A stretch of DNA of 64,000 nucleotides from the NCBI RefSeq assembly GCF_006345805.1, contig NC_042998.1, positions 155,682,001 through 155,746,000 of the forward strand, given 5' to 3'. The notes below the pieces were generated by a model. That model was not told where the DNA came from and did not search any database. It saw only the letters and a list, made by a program, of their open reading frames with translations. Of the stretch, positions 39,970 through 51,690 are shown one piece after another; the first letter of the stretch is position 1, and each line of letters begins with the position of its first letter. A program made the translations under genes and the position numbers. The DNA comes from Octopus sinensis. Lineage: Eukaryota.

Positions 39970-40117
39970 TCATCATCATCATCATCATCATTTAGCGTCC
40001 GTTTTCCATGCTAGCATGGGTTGGACGGTTCTACTGGGGTCTGTGAAGCCAGAAGGCTTCATCAGGCCCAGTCAAATCTGGCAGTGTTTCTACGGCTGGA
40101 TGCCCTTCCTAACGCCA
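39970..40117 (-). mobile_element. 5'-truncated RTE 3' end
   Basis: (CAT)n TTAGCGTCCGTTTTCCATGCTAGCATGGGTTGGACGG is the reverse complement of the family terminus. Confidence 0.85.
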
Positions 40118-40367
40118 AGTGAGTGTATTACTATATATATATATATATATATATATATTGGTCAAACACATTTAGTGCTTGACCCAACAAAATGTTGGGT
40201 CAAGCTCAAATGAGCCTTGACTATAATAATTTCACAACCTTGCTGTGCATTAGAAATATCGATTTTTTCAATTTTTTCAATTTCCCTTAATTTTCTTAAA
40301 TTTGGCTAAAATTGCAAATATTTTATGTTAAAATATCCATTGCATTATAACCTTTATTTTCATATAA

Positions 40368-40730
40368 GGGATCTTTTCCTTTTGAACGGCACTTTTCAAC
40401 ACAATTTCTAGTTAACTAAACACTTTTAAACTTCGTATACTAGTAGAATGTGTTTATAAAACATTTTTTCTTGGCTTTATTGAGAAAATTCTATATGTTG
40501 TAACATATTTCGTCTTTAATTTCAAGAATTTTGGCAATTTTAACCAATCGCTGGTGTCCATTTAGGTAAATAACATTCTGTGCATAATGAATATGTCCCT
40601 CCTTTAAGAAACAGATTGGGTTTATTTACATTTGTGAAGAAAAAAAGATACCCTTCGCCCACCCCTAACCCTAACCCTAACTCTCACCCTAAATCCAAAA
40701 TAGATTGAAATGCAATAGATCGATACTGCT
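40368..40730. repeat. Unclassified interspersed element carrying short (CCCTAA)n repeats (possibly Helentron/HINE-like)
   Basis: CCCTAACCCTAACCCTAACTCTCACCCTAAA at ~40662-40693 inside non-telomeric sequence; classification is inference. Confidence 0.35.
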
Positions 40731-40974
40731 CTCAAAGTACTTCCTGCTGTCTCTTAGAAAAGACACATTTGATGATGTATTTTTAAATGTACTATATCAG
40801 AAATACAGAATGGCTGGTTAAGCTGAAACATCTTTGATCAAAGGTCTGCTAACTCAGAAGTGGTCTAGGGCTAAATAATCGGATATATTTTATGTACAAA
40901 GTAAGATGGCAATGGTACTTGAATGATAATCTAAATAATAAATGATGTAACGTAATCTTAAAAAACAAGAAATT

Positions 40975-41816
40975 TAAATGGAAAAAATTTCCATTTTACA
41001 GAAAAGGGGTTCAACAAAATGTTCAGACATCAAATTTTTCTAAAAAAAAAAATTGTTGTTTTACAGAAAAAGGTTTAATAAAATGTTGAGTCTTCAAAAG
41101 TTAGAAACTAGAATGGGAAAAATAAAAAAATTTAATTGGCATTTTGTTGCACCTTTTGAAAAAATAATAGTTTTGATAATAAATTCTTCATCCTGTTTCT
41201 TTCCCTTTTCTCTCCTCCATTCCATTTTTCAATCTTCTCTCTTTATCTGGGACATCATCCTTCTTCCCAAACCTATCTCTCTTTCATGCTTCTTCTCTCT
41301 CTCTTCTTCTTCTCCTTTTCTGTCTTCTTCCTCGTTTTCCTTTTCTCTTCTTCATTCCCTCATTCACCTCCTTCCTGCTTTCCTCTTGGAATAGCTCATT
41401 CTTCTTCTTCCTGGACCTACCTTTGTTTCATGTTACTTCTCTCCTCCTTTTTCCTTTCTCTCCATTCCATTATTTGTCTCCTTCCATCCTTAATCCCCAT
41501 TAAATGCTTCTACTTGTGCTTCTAAAAGAAATAATGTACTTAATCTTCATTTGTTAATAAAAGGGGATAAAGTGGTGGTATTCACCACTCCCTTTAAAAA
41601 TAAAATGTGTTTGCTAATGAGATAAGCATTTCAAAAGATGCAACAAAATGCCAATTAAATTTTTTTTTTTTTTTCGATTCTAGTTTCTAACTTTTGAAGG
41701 CTCAACATTTTATTAAACCTTTTTCTATAAAATAACAATTTTCTTTAAAAAAAAATTAAAGTTTGAACATTTTGTAGAACCCTTTTTCTGTAAAACAGAA
41801 TTTTTTTTCAATTAAA
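40975..41816. mobile_element. Fold-back/MITE-like element with ~190-bp diverged inverted arms around a pyrimidine-rich core
   Basis: 40975-41165 is the imperfect reverse complement of 41628-41816. Confidence 0.7.
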
Positions 41817-41818
41817 GC

Positions 41819-41851
<33 letters not shown>

Positions 41852-41878
41852 ATAAGAGTAGATCGTATATGAGTGGGT

Positions 41879-42740
41879 ATATATTTGTAAAAAAGAAGTT
41901 TGAAAACGCCACTGTATTAGATAAATTTCGGTCAGCAGAGCAGAAACGCCAGATGCGGAAAGCCAGAGCCGCCTGCACCAGTAGCACGGCCCCTACCCAC
42001 TTCTGCCCCACCTGTGGGAGGGGCTTCCTTGCCCGGATTGGCCTCACCAGCCACCTCCGGTCTCATAGCGGCAGTTCCACCAGATGATGTCAGTGGTCAT
42101 CTTCGATCTCGAAGGACGAACATTATTAGATAAATTTTTATTTTCTTATGAATTTTACATGTTTCGGTTCTTGAAAAAACGAACCTTACCAAAAATATTA
42201 TAAAAAGTGCAATAGAAAAGTTCATAGTTGTTTCTTACTGGTCTCAATAGAATCCATGTGGTGGTGTTTTGTCGGTAGTTGGTATAATCGCTATATTATA
42301 GTTGCGTGTAGTAAAGAAGTTCATTATTCTTTCTTGCTGGTATCAAAAGGAACCGTCCTTGTGTTCCAGTGGAATAGTGGCAGCAGTAGTGATTGTTGGT
42401 CGTAGTAGTAGTAACCGTGGTGGTGGTTGGGGTTACGACCAACAATCACTACTGCTGCCACCATTCCACTGGAACACAAGGACGGTTCCTTTTGATACCA
42501 GCAAGAAAGAATAATGAACTTCTTTACTACACGCAACTATAATATAGCGATTATACCAACTACCGACAAAACACCACCACATGGATTCTATTGAGACCAG
42601 TAAGAAACAACTATGAACTTTTCTATTGCACTTTTTATAATATTTTTGAGAAGGTTCGTTTTTTCAAGAACCGAAACATGTAAAATTCATAAGAAAATAA
42701 AAATTTATCTAATATAGTGGCGTTTTCAAACTTCTTTTTT

Positions 42741-42750
<10 letters not shown>
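41879..42750. repeat. Near-perfect palindrome (~320-bp arms) between (TA)n tracts, degenerate HHR fold in each arm
   Basis: 41879-42404 (minus the insertion) mirrors 42434-42750; TTGAGAA-GGTTC...GAACC-GAAAC-ATGTA at 42643-42688. Confidence 0.9.
41929..42123 (+). mobile_element. Young 5'-truncated RTE-type LINE 3' end (C2H2 zinc finger) with a 14-bp TSD
   Basis: CPTCGRGFLARIGLTSHLRSH; TSD TATTAGATAAATTT at 41915-41928 and 42124-42137; empty site visible in the opposite palindrome arm. Confidence 0.9.
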
Positions 42751-42784
<34 letters not shown>

Positions 42785-43524
42785 TATTCATTGGTTTCCA
42801 TCCACCAAATTCCACTTAAAGTATTGGTCAGCTCAAAGTTCAGGGTGAAGGTATTTGCTGTGTAGTAGGACTGAACTACATAATTGTGAAGTAAACTTCT
42901 TAATTACACAGCTATCTTTTCATTTGTGTTGAAGGACAATTTATCAAATCACTGAAATAACAAATATTAATTTGTAGAAACCAACCATTTCCATTGAATA
43001 TTTGCCCCCCCCCCCCCAACAAAAATAGAGTAGGTTATGGCATGGCTTAGAAACTCAATGTTCTGTATGTCAGAAAAAATGAACACTCCACAGTAAATAA
43101 TTTTATTTTCTTTGCTATATATTGTAAAAGAAACATTGTCAATTGTCTGTGCCAAATAATTCACAAACATAGCTTCATACAAAGTGATTTTCAGTTACTA
43201 AGGATGTCAATTTTGGATTTGAGAAAACAAGTATGTTAAAGTGATTGTTGACACTAAAATATTTGGTGATATACTATGTAAGTCTGGAGAGACATGTTAT
43301 ATTTAAGAGAAAATGTATAGTCCCTATTAAAAGAAAAGTGGCACTATCTGAAATTATTTGCATTGAATGTACAAATATTTTAAGTTAAGGACTTTGGTAT
43401 AGGCCTACATTCTCATTAGAGATAACTTGGGTGTATTAATATTTTCATTTGGGCACTGGCAGAAGTAGTTGATAATTTAAGATGATAATGATTCTATTTT
43501 CTCAAAAAAAAAAAAATTACTCAC

Positions 43525-43636
43525 TGTTTTCTGGAGACCCACATGCATCATAAAAAGCTTTTGATATGTGAAAATATCCACATGTAATTGGGCCATCACC
43601 CCCATAGCAATCTGCAGGCTTGCAGCTGGTTTCAAT
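43525..43636 (-). CDS. i-type lysozyme, coding exon 3 (IETSCKPADCYGGDGPITCGYFHISKAFYDACGSPEN)
   Basis: ttttag|...|gtgagt; 112 nt, phase 0 to 1; matches the E-S-C..C...SCG.FQI...YW.DCG motif with substitutions. Not in the ORF track. Confidence 0.93.
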
Positions 43637-43659
43637 CTAAAATAATATATATGTATTTT

Positions 43660-43977
43660 ATTTACATTATTTACATTATTTATATTTGATGGATATTTAT
43701 CCTCATCTTGTTTATTGTTAACACAATGTTTCAGCTGATATACTCTCCAGCCTTCTTCAGGTGTCTTGGGGAAATTTCAAACCTGGGTTCTCATTCCTAA
43801 GGTTGAGAATAGGAATGAGAACCCAGGTTCGAAATTTCCCCAAGACACCTGAAGAAGGCTGGAGAGTATATCAGCCAAAACGTGTTAACAATAAACAAGA
43901 TGAGGACAAATATCAGTCAAATGTAAATAATGTAAATAATGTCCATAATTCCTTATCTCTTAAATATAGAACTGTAA
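43660..43977. mobile_element. Head-less inverted-repeat copy of the HHR element at 24909-25319
   Basis: Same arms (GAGAACCCAGGTTCGAAATTTCCCCAAGACACCTGAAGAAGGCTGG...CAGCC) and same tail (TCTCTTAAATATAGAACTGTA); no tRNA head. Confidence 0.85.
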
Positions 43978-44799
43978 TATGTATGTATTGTTTTAATATC
44001 CCCTTTTCATGCTTGCATGGATCGGACAAAAGTAATTGAGGCAGATTTTCTACAGCTTGATGCCCTTCTTGTCACCAACCCTTGCCTGATTCCAAGCCAG
44101 ATAATATTCCCCCTTGGCCAGACATGGTTTTGCAGTCATGATGAGGAGAGAGAGAGAGAGAGAGAGACACATACAGTAAAACCACAAAAGAATGGAAAAT
44201 AATGCATTTTAAATCCTGCTCTCATTACAGATACATTGATAATGCATAATTCTTTGATTTATTAATCCTGCATATCAACTGATTCATATTTTTAAAGGGA
44301 GTGGTGAATACCACCACTTTATCCCCTTTTATTAACAAATGAAGATTAAGTACATCATTTCTTTTAGAAGCACAAGTAGAAGGTTCAATAGAAATCAAAA
44401 AATTAACACCAACATATGCTTCTCAAAGGATCTTCACACTGCCTGGAATAGAAGACAGAACAATTAAGGGAGATAGTAGTAAATCTAACAATTTTGACCA
44501 CAAGGAGAGGTAGGTAAGCGTGCTTAAGAATTGTAATGTTGAGGAAATACAGAAATATGATAATGCAAACATTCCAGCCTCATCCACCTAACAATATTGT
44601 TCAATTCAGAGGTGTCATGTGAACATGATAGATGACTAAGGACAAAAAACGTTGAGACAAGGATAGTAACAGAAAATATTAAGTCTCTTCAGTGAATAGT
44701 AAATAAAGATGAGTTGTGAAGAGAATGGAAAAAATATATGTATATCAGAGCTATACATTGGTTATGTACTTGAATAATGGATTTTAAAATACAGGTCAT

Positions 44800-45620
44800 A
44801 TACTGAGCATCACTTTATATTCGTTTTTTTTTTGTGTTGACATAGATTGGATGAGTCTATTCTAACACAGCTATTTGCTGTAGTTTTTTTATCCTATCCT
44901 TTATGAGGTTCTAGCTCTTAAGATCAACTTTCAATTGCATCTTACTTCATTGGTCATCTCCAGCCACATGTTCCTTCCTTTAGGATTGTCTGGCACTTCT
45001 TTATCCAGTTGTCATTCTCCATATGAATCACAGAGGTACACCAGCTCAGGTTTCTCCTTTGCACACCACATATGATCATGCTTATACCCAGTTTTTCTAC
45101 TGGTTCATTCCATGCTCTGACATTTATACGTATATTACACATCCAATACAGCGTTCTAGTCGCCATACACTTTCTGTATTTAGTACTCATGTTTCTCTGA
45201 TACACAACATAGCAATTTGTTTGTAAGTATTATGGAATTTAATAGCTTTCTGAACTTTTTCCACTGCTTATTAGGTTTCTTAGGTTACAGACACTATCAA
45301 GTATTTCTTGAGAATCTTTTGAGTATTTTAAAGATTTCATTTTATGCCAACTACTCCTGCACATTTGCTACATACAAATTCCAGCATGTTATTGTATTGC
45401 ATCACTTGTGTACCCATAATTTACTTTTGGTGTAGTGTATGTCATTTCTACCTACATATTTCTGCATTGAGTACAGCAACTTTTGTCTTTGCAAGATGTA
45501 CTTTAAAACCTCTTGATTCCAAGCTTTGCTTCTATGTGTGAGATTTCTACTCTAATTCTTTGACTGATTCATCCATGAAAATTAGGTTATAAAGATGCAA
45601 ATTTTCCTACTGACAACCAG
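44800..45620 (-). mobile_element. Old RTE LINE C-terminal fragment
   Basis: WMCNI...EKLGI..I..GVQRR.L.W...V..M...WIKKC...EGTCG, a diverged relative of the RTE family. Confidence 0.65.
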
Positions 45621-45889
45621 TTTAAACTCTTCTGATAGATGTGAAAATGATGAGCAAAAAGTGGGAATGTATTACTGACATAATCTTTGTAACATGGCTC
45701 AATATAAGAACTGAAATTGCTGTGTTGAATGATTAACACTGGGATAAACAAAATACATCTGTAAAAACAATATGTAAACATATATATCTGTGCATAGAAA
45801 AATGAATTAAAAATTTAAAAAAAAAAGTTTAATAGTCACAGAATTCTCTGTTTCAGTATCTACTGAATAACAATTTTATATGACCAAAA

Positions 45890-47317
45890 TCCTATTAAGT
45901 AGGAAGGCAGGCAAACCACAAATCCCTTCAGGTAGATGGCCCTGCTTGATCTGTAGAAAAGGTGTAGGTAGAAACTCTATGGACACATAAGAGGTGCAGC
46001 AATATCAAAGGGAGGCTAAATGGGAAGATAGTTTTTGTATGTGGCAGATGCTCAGGAGCAATAAACACTGAAAAAGTGGAGAGAACAACTTCCGCCACAT
46101 TCCAGGGAGAAAAACTAGAAGTAGTTGATAGCTTCCATTACCTAGGTGACCAAGTCAATAGCAGGGGAGGGTGCGCTGAAAGTGTAGCTGCTAGAATAAG
46201 TATAGCTTGGGCAAAGTTCAGAGAGCTCTTACCTCTGCTGGTGACAAAGGGCCTTTCGCTCAGAGTAAAAGGCAGACTGTATGATGCATGTGTATGAACA
46301 GCCATGCTACACGGCAGTGAAACATGGGCTGTGACTGCTGAGGACATGTGAAAGCTCGCAAGGAATGATGCCAGTATGCTCTGATGGATGTGTAATGTCA
46401 GTGTGCATACTTGACAGACTGTTAGTAACTTGAAAGAAAAGTTGGACCTAAGAAGCATCAGATGTGGTATGCCAGGGAGACGACTGAGCTGGTATGGCCA
46501 TATGGCGAGAATGGATGTGGATAGCTGTGTGAAAAAGTGCCACACATTAGCGGTTGAGGGAATCTGTGGAAGAGGTAAACCCAGGAAGACCTGGGATGAG
46601 GTGGTGAAGCATGACCTTCAAACATTGGACCTCACCGAGGCGATGACTAGTGACTGAGACCTTTGGAAATATGCTGTGCTTGAGAAGACTCAGCAAGCTC
46701 AAGTGAGACCATTACCTTGTGGCCTATGCCAAGGGTGTAACCAGCCCACTTATGTGCACCTTTCCTTCATTGGACACTAAACTCTGCTTGTGAAGACATG
46801 TTGAGGCAAGTGAAATTGAAATCAAAATCAAATTTGATGACTGGCGTGATCGTTGCCAGAGCAACAAGCTGGAGCACTAAGAATACCATATGTGCGTGAT
46901 CATTGCCAGAGCAACAAGCTGGCCTCCATGCTGGTGGTACGTAAAAAACACCATTCGAGCGTGATCGTTACCTGCATCGCCTTACTGGTACTTGTGCTGT
47001 TGGCATATGAAAAAACATTCGAGCGAGGTCGTTGCCAGTGCCACTGGACTGGCGCCTGTACAGGTGACACATAAAAAGCACCATTTGAGCATGGCTGTTG
47101 CCAGTACCGCCTGACTGGCCCTCATGCTGGTGGCATGTAAAAGCACCTGCTACACTCTCGGAGTGGTTGGCATTAGGAAGGGCATCCAGCTGTAGAAACT
47201 CTGCCAGATCAGATTGGAGTCTGGTGTAGCCATCTGGTTCGCCAGACCGCAGTCAAATCGTCCAACCCATGCTAGCATGGAAAGCGGACGTTAAACTATG
47301 ATGATGATGATGATGAT
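45890..47317 (+). mobile_element. 5'-truncated RTE LINE, third copy
   Basis: FQGEKLEVVDSFHYLGDQ...KKCHTLAVEG; 3' UTR repeats; (TGA)n tail. Confidence 0.92.
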
Positions 47318-47798
47318 ATGACCTACACTGTATCTGAATTTCAAATATCTCCATAATTTGACTTGTACTATGAATTTAGTTTATAATTGCAGAGAGGTGC
47401 CTGAACATTCCTGTGAACCTAGATCTCTTATCTCTCAAGGGTAATCAATAAAGATATATATATATATATATATATTTTTTAAGGATTCTGTTTTTCTGAT
47501 AGCCATGGCCTACACTGAAAAAACACACAGATCAATATTCACTTATCTTCATGACTACAAACATACAAACAAGTCACAAAACACTTACACAGATGCAAAA
47601 ATATGTATACTTACTCTCAGGTGCACACTACTCACATGACTATAGACATTACTATGGCATATGTCTGTGCATGCATGCACATGCACACACACACATACAC
47701 ACATGCATGTGCACACACACAGACGATGGCGACGACCACCACCACCACTACATTTTGAGACTGACAAATTATCACTTTTGTTATTAATGATTGCTTAA

Positions 47799-48029
47799 AC
47801 TTTACTGACTCTGTGTAAACGTATCTTTACTGCAAATATTGGGTTCTGCTTATAACAATTACATACGAGAACCAGAAGTTAAAGGTGAAAGGTTTAGAAA
47901 ATAAGTACTCACAGTAAATATGTGTGGTAAGAGAAAGAAAATCCATGAAAATCATTTCCCTTTATCAAATTTTACTTATAATTACATGTTAGTTACTGGC
48001 ATTTTTGTTGCATGATGCCATAGTATGCT

Positions 48030-48075
<46 letters not shown>

Positions 48076-48302
48076 AGCATACTATGGCATCATGCAACAA
48101 AAATGCTAGTAACTAACATGTAATTATCAGTAAAATTTGATAAAGGGAAATGATTTTCATGGATTTTCTTTTACCACACATATTTACTGTGAGTACTTAT
48201 TATCTAAACCTTTCACCTTTAACTTCTGGTTCTCATATGTAATTGTTATAAGCAGAACCCAATATTTGCAGTAAAGATACGTTTACAAAGAGTCAGTAAA
48301 GT
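47799..48302. repeat. ~500-bp palindrome centred on a (TA)n tract
   Basis: 47799-48033 mirrors 48071-48302 with few mismatches. Confidence 0.92.
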
Positions 48303-48306
48303 ATAT

Positions 48307-49180
48307 GCAGGGTGAAATGAGCAAATTGTCACCATTTTATATTTTTAATTTTGCTCATATTGTTTTTGGTTTTGTTGACTGCACAGTATAGTATGGTCAG
48401 TTGGGCACTGTCTGTGAGAAAAACAGCATCATGATGCAATTCACCTGGCCAGAAATTTGGAAACAACATGCTGTACTCCTTGGCATTTGCACCAGAAGCT
48501 CCAATATGAACATTTCAGAGTACTTGGGTGTCAATCTGGGGGACAGTGCAATCTGAGGACATGTACCGATAGAGATGAAAATCAAATATCCAATTAACAT
48601 CATGGTGTTTGGAGTGATCACTAGTGATGGTGACATTATGCCTCCATTCATCTTCCCACATGACTCAGACTCAACACGGTGGCCTATATCAAGTGCCTGA
48701 AGGAAGTAGTGCTGTCGTGGGTCAAGAGGGTGGCTGCAGGAAGACCCTATGTCTGGCAACAGGACTCTGCACCATGCCACACAAACAGGAGAACCCAGTC
48801 ACAGCAGTCAGACAATTTCTGCAACCACATCATCCCTAATATCTGGCCACCTAACTACCCACACTGCAACCCCCCTTGATTAATATGCATGGGTCACAGT
48901 TGAGTGAGAGACCAACAAAACTCATTGTAACACCAAAGATGAACTGAAGGCAAGTATTATGGCAACATTCACCAACTTAAACAAGGAGACCACCCAGAAG
49001 AGTTGCAGGAGATTTTGAAATCATCTGGAGACCATGGTTGAAGCCAATGGTGATTTCATTATTTCATTAAACAAATTTACTCTTTAGTATTTCAAGATAT
49101 TTTTATGTAATTTTCTTAAATATATCTGTTAAAATGAGATGACAGTGTTATTTTCATTTTTGTGTAATTTAGACACTCAA
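48307..49180 (+). mobile_element. Internally deleted Tc1/mariner (maT/DD37D-like) relic
   Basis: Starts CAGGGTG; MVFGVITSDGDIMPPFIF, YVWQQDSAPCHT, WPPNYPHCNP.D motifs. Confidence 0.8.
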
Positions 49181-49367
49181 AAAAACACACACACACTCAC
49201 ACACACACACACACACATGCACACGTACACACACACACATTCCTCCTCATATAATGACTATATTTGCCTCCATCTGCCATTGCATATTGCGTACTATTTT
49301 ATATTCTGTACTTAACATGAGATAGAATACTAATAATAAATAATTAAAATAAAAAGGACAAACTTAC

Positions 49368-49405
49368 ATCACAGAGGCACTGCAAACATCTTACAGGTAC
49401 AATTC
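49368..49405 (-). CDS. i-type lysozyme, coding exon 2 (GIVPVRCLQCLCD)
   Basis: cttccag|...|gtaagt; 38 nt, phase 1 to 0; CLxCxC motif. Confidence 0.92.
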
Positions 49406-49535
49406 CTGGAAGAGATAAAAGATATCATAAAGGTTCTGAATAGATAAACTAATAATTAATTTAAAACCACACAATTTTTGCATTGTAAACATTATTATTA
49501 TTGTTATCATCATCATTATCATTGTCTTCCTTATC

Positions 49536-49575
<40 letters not shown>

Positions 49576-50362
49576 AGAGTGGGAAAGTCATAAAGGGAAG
49601 TGGTAAAGAGTACAATGGATAGTTACAGGATGATTGTTGATAAGAAGATTTAAAAGGAACAGCATGAACAGTGTGGTGGGAAGAAGAATGTGATGAGAAG
49701 GTGAGTGCTGTGGAAGAGACAGTGGAGACTGAGAGATGGAGATTTTAAAATAAGTGATAGAGGAGAGAATAATGGATTGCAATGAAGATGTATGGTAGAT
49801 GGTACTGGTTAATGATATTGGGTTCTAACAATAAGTAATTGGAGAAAGTAATGAGAAATGAGGAAGAATAATAACTAGCAGTAGAGAAGATGAATGTGCT
49901 GAGAATACAATTCTCATTGCTTAATCTGTCAAACAGCTGTAGAAAAAACTCAGTTTAGGGAAACTCTTGATACATAGAATTAAAGATCATCAAATTTTGT
50001 AGACTACATATAATTTATTAAGTTTCATTGATATCCTTTAATACCTTGTCATAATTTTGTCTTCACTCATGAGCAAATATATATTCAAAACACTCTTACA
50101 GGAATACAGAAATACACTTGATATGTTTTGGGACATAGAATATTCCTCTTTTTCAAGCATCATATTTTACTATACTATTCTTATTCACATAGTCTTTTAT
50201 CCCACTAATTCTGTCAAACCTATTATTTTGAAATCGATTACTTATGCTCTAATTGATTTTCTTTCTTTACATTTTTGTATTTCATGCATTAATAACCTAC
50301 TGATGTATTATGTTCTTATTTATAGAAAATATATAAATAAATAAATAAAAGATATCGGATAC

Positions 50363-50447
50363 CTGGGGCAAACGTAGTGCTGCATTTGGTTGTGATGAGA
50401 TAAAGAACTACTGCTAAAAAGTAGTTATACACTGAGAAGTAAAGCAT
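50363..50447 (-). CDS. i-type lysozyme, coding exon 1: signal peptide + FAP(G)
   Basis: ttttttcag|ATG MLYFSVYNYFLAVVLYLITTKCSTTFAP G|gtatcc. FAPG is the mature N-terminus of clam i-type lysozyme. The acceptor directly before the ATG implies an upstream non-coding exon. Confidence 0.9.
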
Positions 50448-51334
50448 CTGAAAAAAGAAGAAAATATGCTTTTCATATTAACAATAATTACATACATTTG
50501 AAAATTAGTTTTAGCAAAGGAAACCTGCCAGCCTTCACAAAATTGAAACTTACAATAATAATTAAGAGGTTAGCCTAGTGTAGTCAGCTGCTTCACTACC
50601 AAGTCATCTTTCATATACCCTAAATCATATGAGAGCATACAGTGCAGCTCATCATGCAAAAGACTAGAAAAGAAGTAGGTAAAACTCTTAGATTCTTACA
50701 AATTCTGACCCAGTCAGTTTGTCTCCACTGAAATAAACTATTCTGCGTAGTTGGATATTTACAACCCCATTTCCTCTCAGTTACCCCATTATACCCTATG
50801 TGAGTGATTGTCTCTACGCTCCACTAAATTTCCTTCAACTAATTCTAACATAGCAGTTTTGAGAAATGATCAGAAATGCAACCAGGAAACCCACTTTATT
50901 ATGGACTAATTATGGATAAATACATCGTCTGTGAGTATGAAATCTCTCCTCATATCTCCAGAATTCAAACCTACTTCATTATTATGGATGGATTTACATT
51001 TTCAATTTCTGTGAAACTAAGAGGTTTTTTAAAATACTTTTTTAAAGCCTGTTATATGACTGTGCAACATTAAAGAACTTTGGAAGTCCGTTTATTATCT
51101 AAATCTGATTTTTATAGAACTATCCCTGATGTTTCAGGCGTGTAGCCTCACCCGCTTAGATGTTTTGAGAACTCAGATGTTTTTTCGGCTGATGAGTACG
51201 GGTCACTTGTATTTGCTGCAATATTTGCAGCCTTAATAAAGGTGGTCTTTGTACGAAACAATTGTACCGAAATATTAATCCATTTTTGTTGCTTTTTTCT
51301 TGTTTATATGTATATATATAGATGTAGATGTAAG

Positions 51335-51690
51335 AGTGGTGGTGTGGTAAGTAGCTTGCTTACTGACCGAGTTCAGTCCTACTGTATGGCACCTTGGGCA
51401 AGTGCCTTCTACTATAGCCTCGGGCCTTGTGAGTGGATTTGGTAGACGGAAACTGAAAGAAGTCCTGTGCATATATATGTATGTATATGTTTGTGTGTCT
51501 GTGTCCCACCAACATCACTTGACATCTGATGCTGCTGTGTTTATGGCCCCGTGACTAAGTGGTTTGGCAAAAGAGACTGATAGAATAAGTACTAGGCTTA
51601 CAAAGAATAAGTCCTAGGGGTGATTTGCTCAACTAAAGGAGGTGCTCCAGCAAGGCCGCAGTCAAATGACCGAAACAAATAAAAGAATAA
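51335..51690 (+). mobile_element. tRNA-derived SINE (CORE-like)
   Basis: GTTCAGTCC B box, CACCTTGGGCAAGTG core, tail GTCAAATGAC.GAAACAA; same family as 60295-60668. Confidence 0.8.

Noticed and set aside
40662-40693. Telomere
   Set aside because: Only 3-5 degenerate CCCTAA units inside an interspersed repeat within an intron.
42302-42536. Pair of nearly identical ORFs on opposite strands
   Set aside because: A by-product of the DNA palindrome; no coding signal.
50700-50780. Non-coding first exon of the lysozyme (GTAAG donor at 50699)
   Set aside because: A donor-like motif alone is insufficient without transcript evidence.
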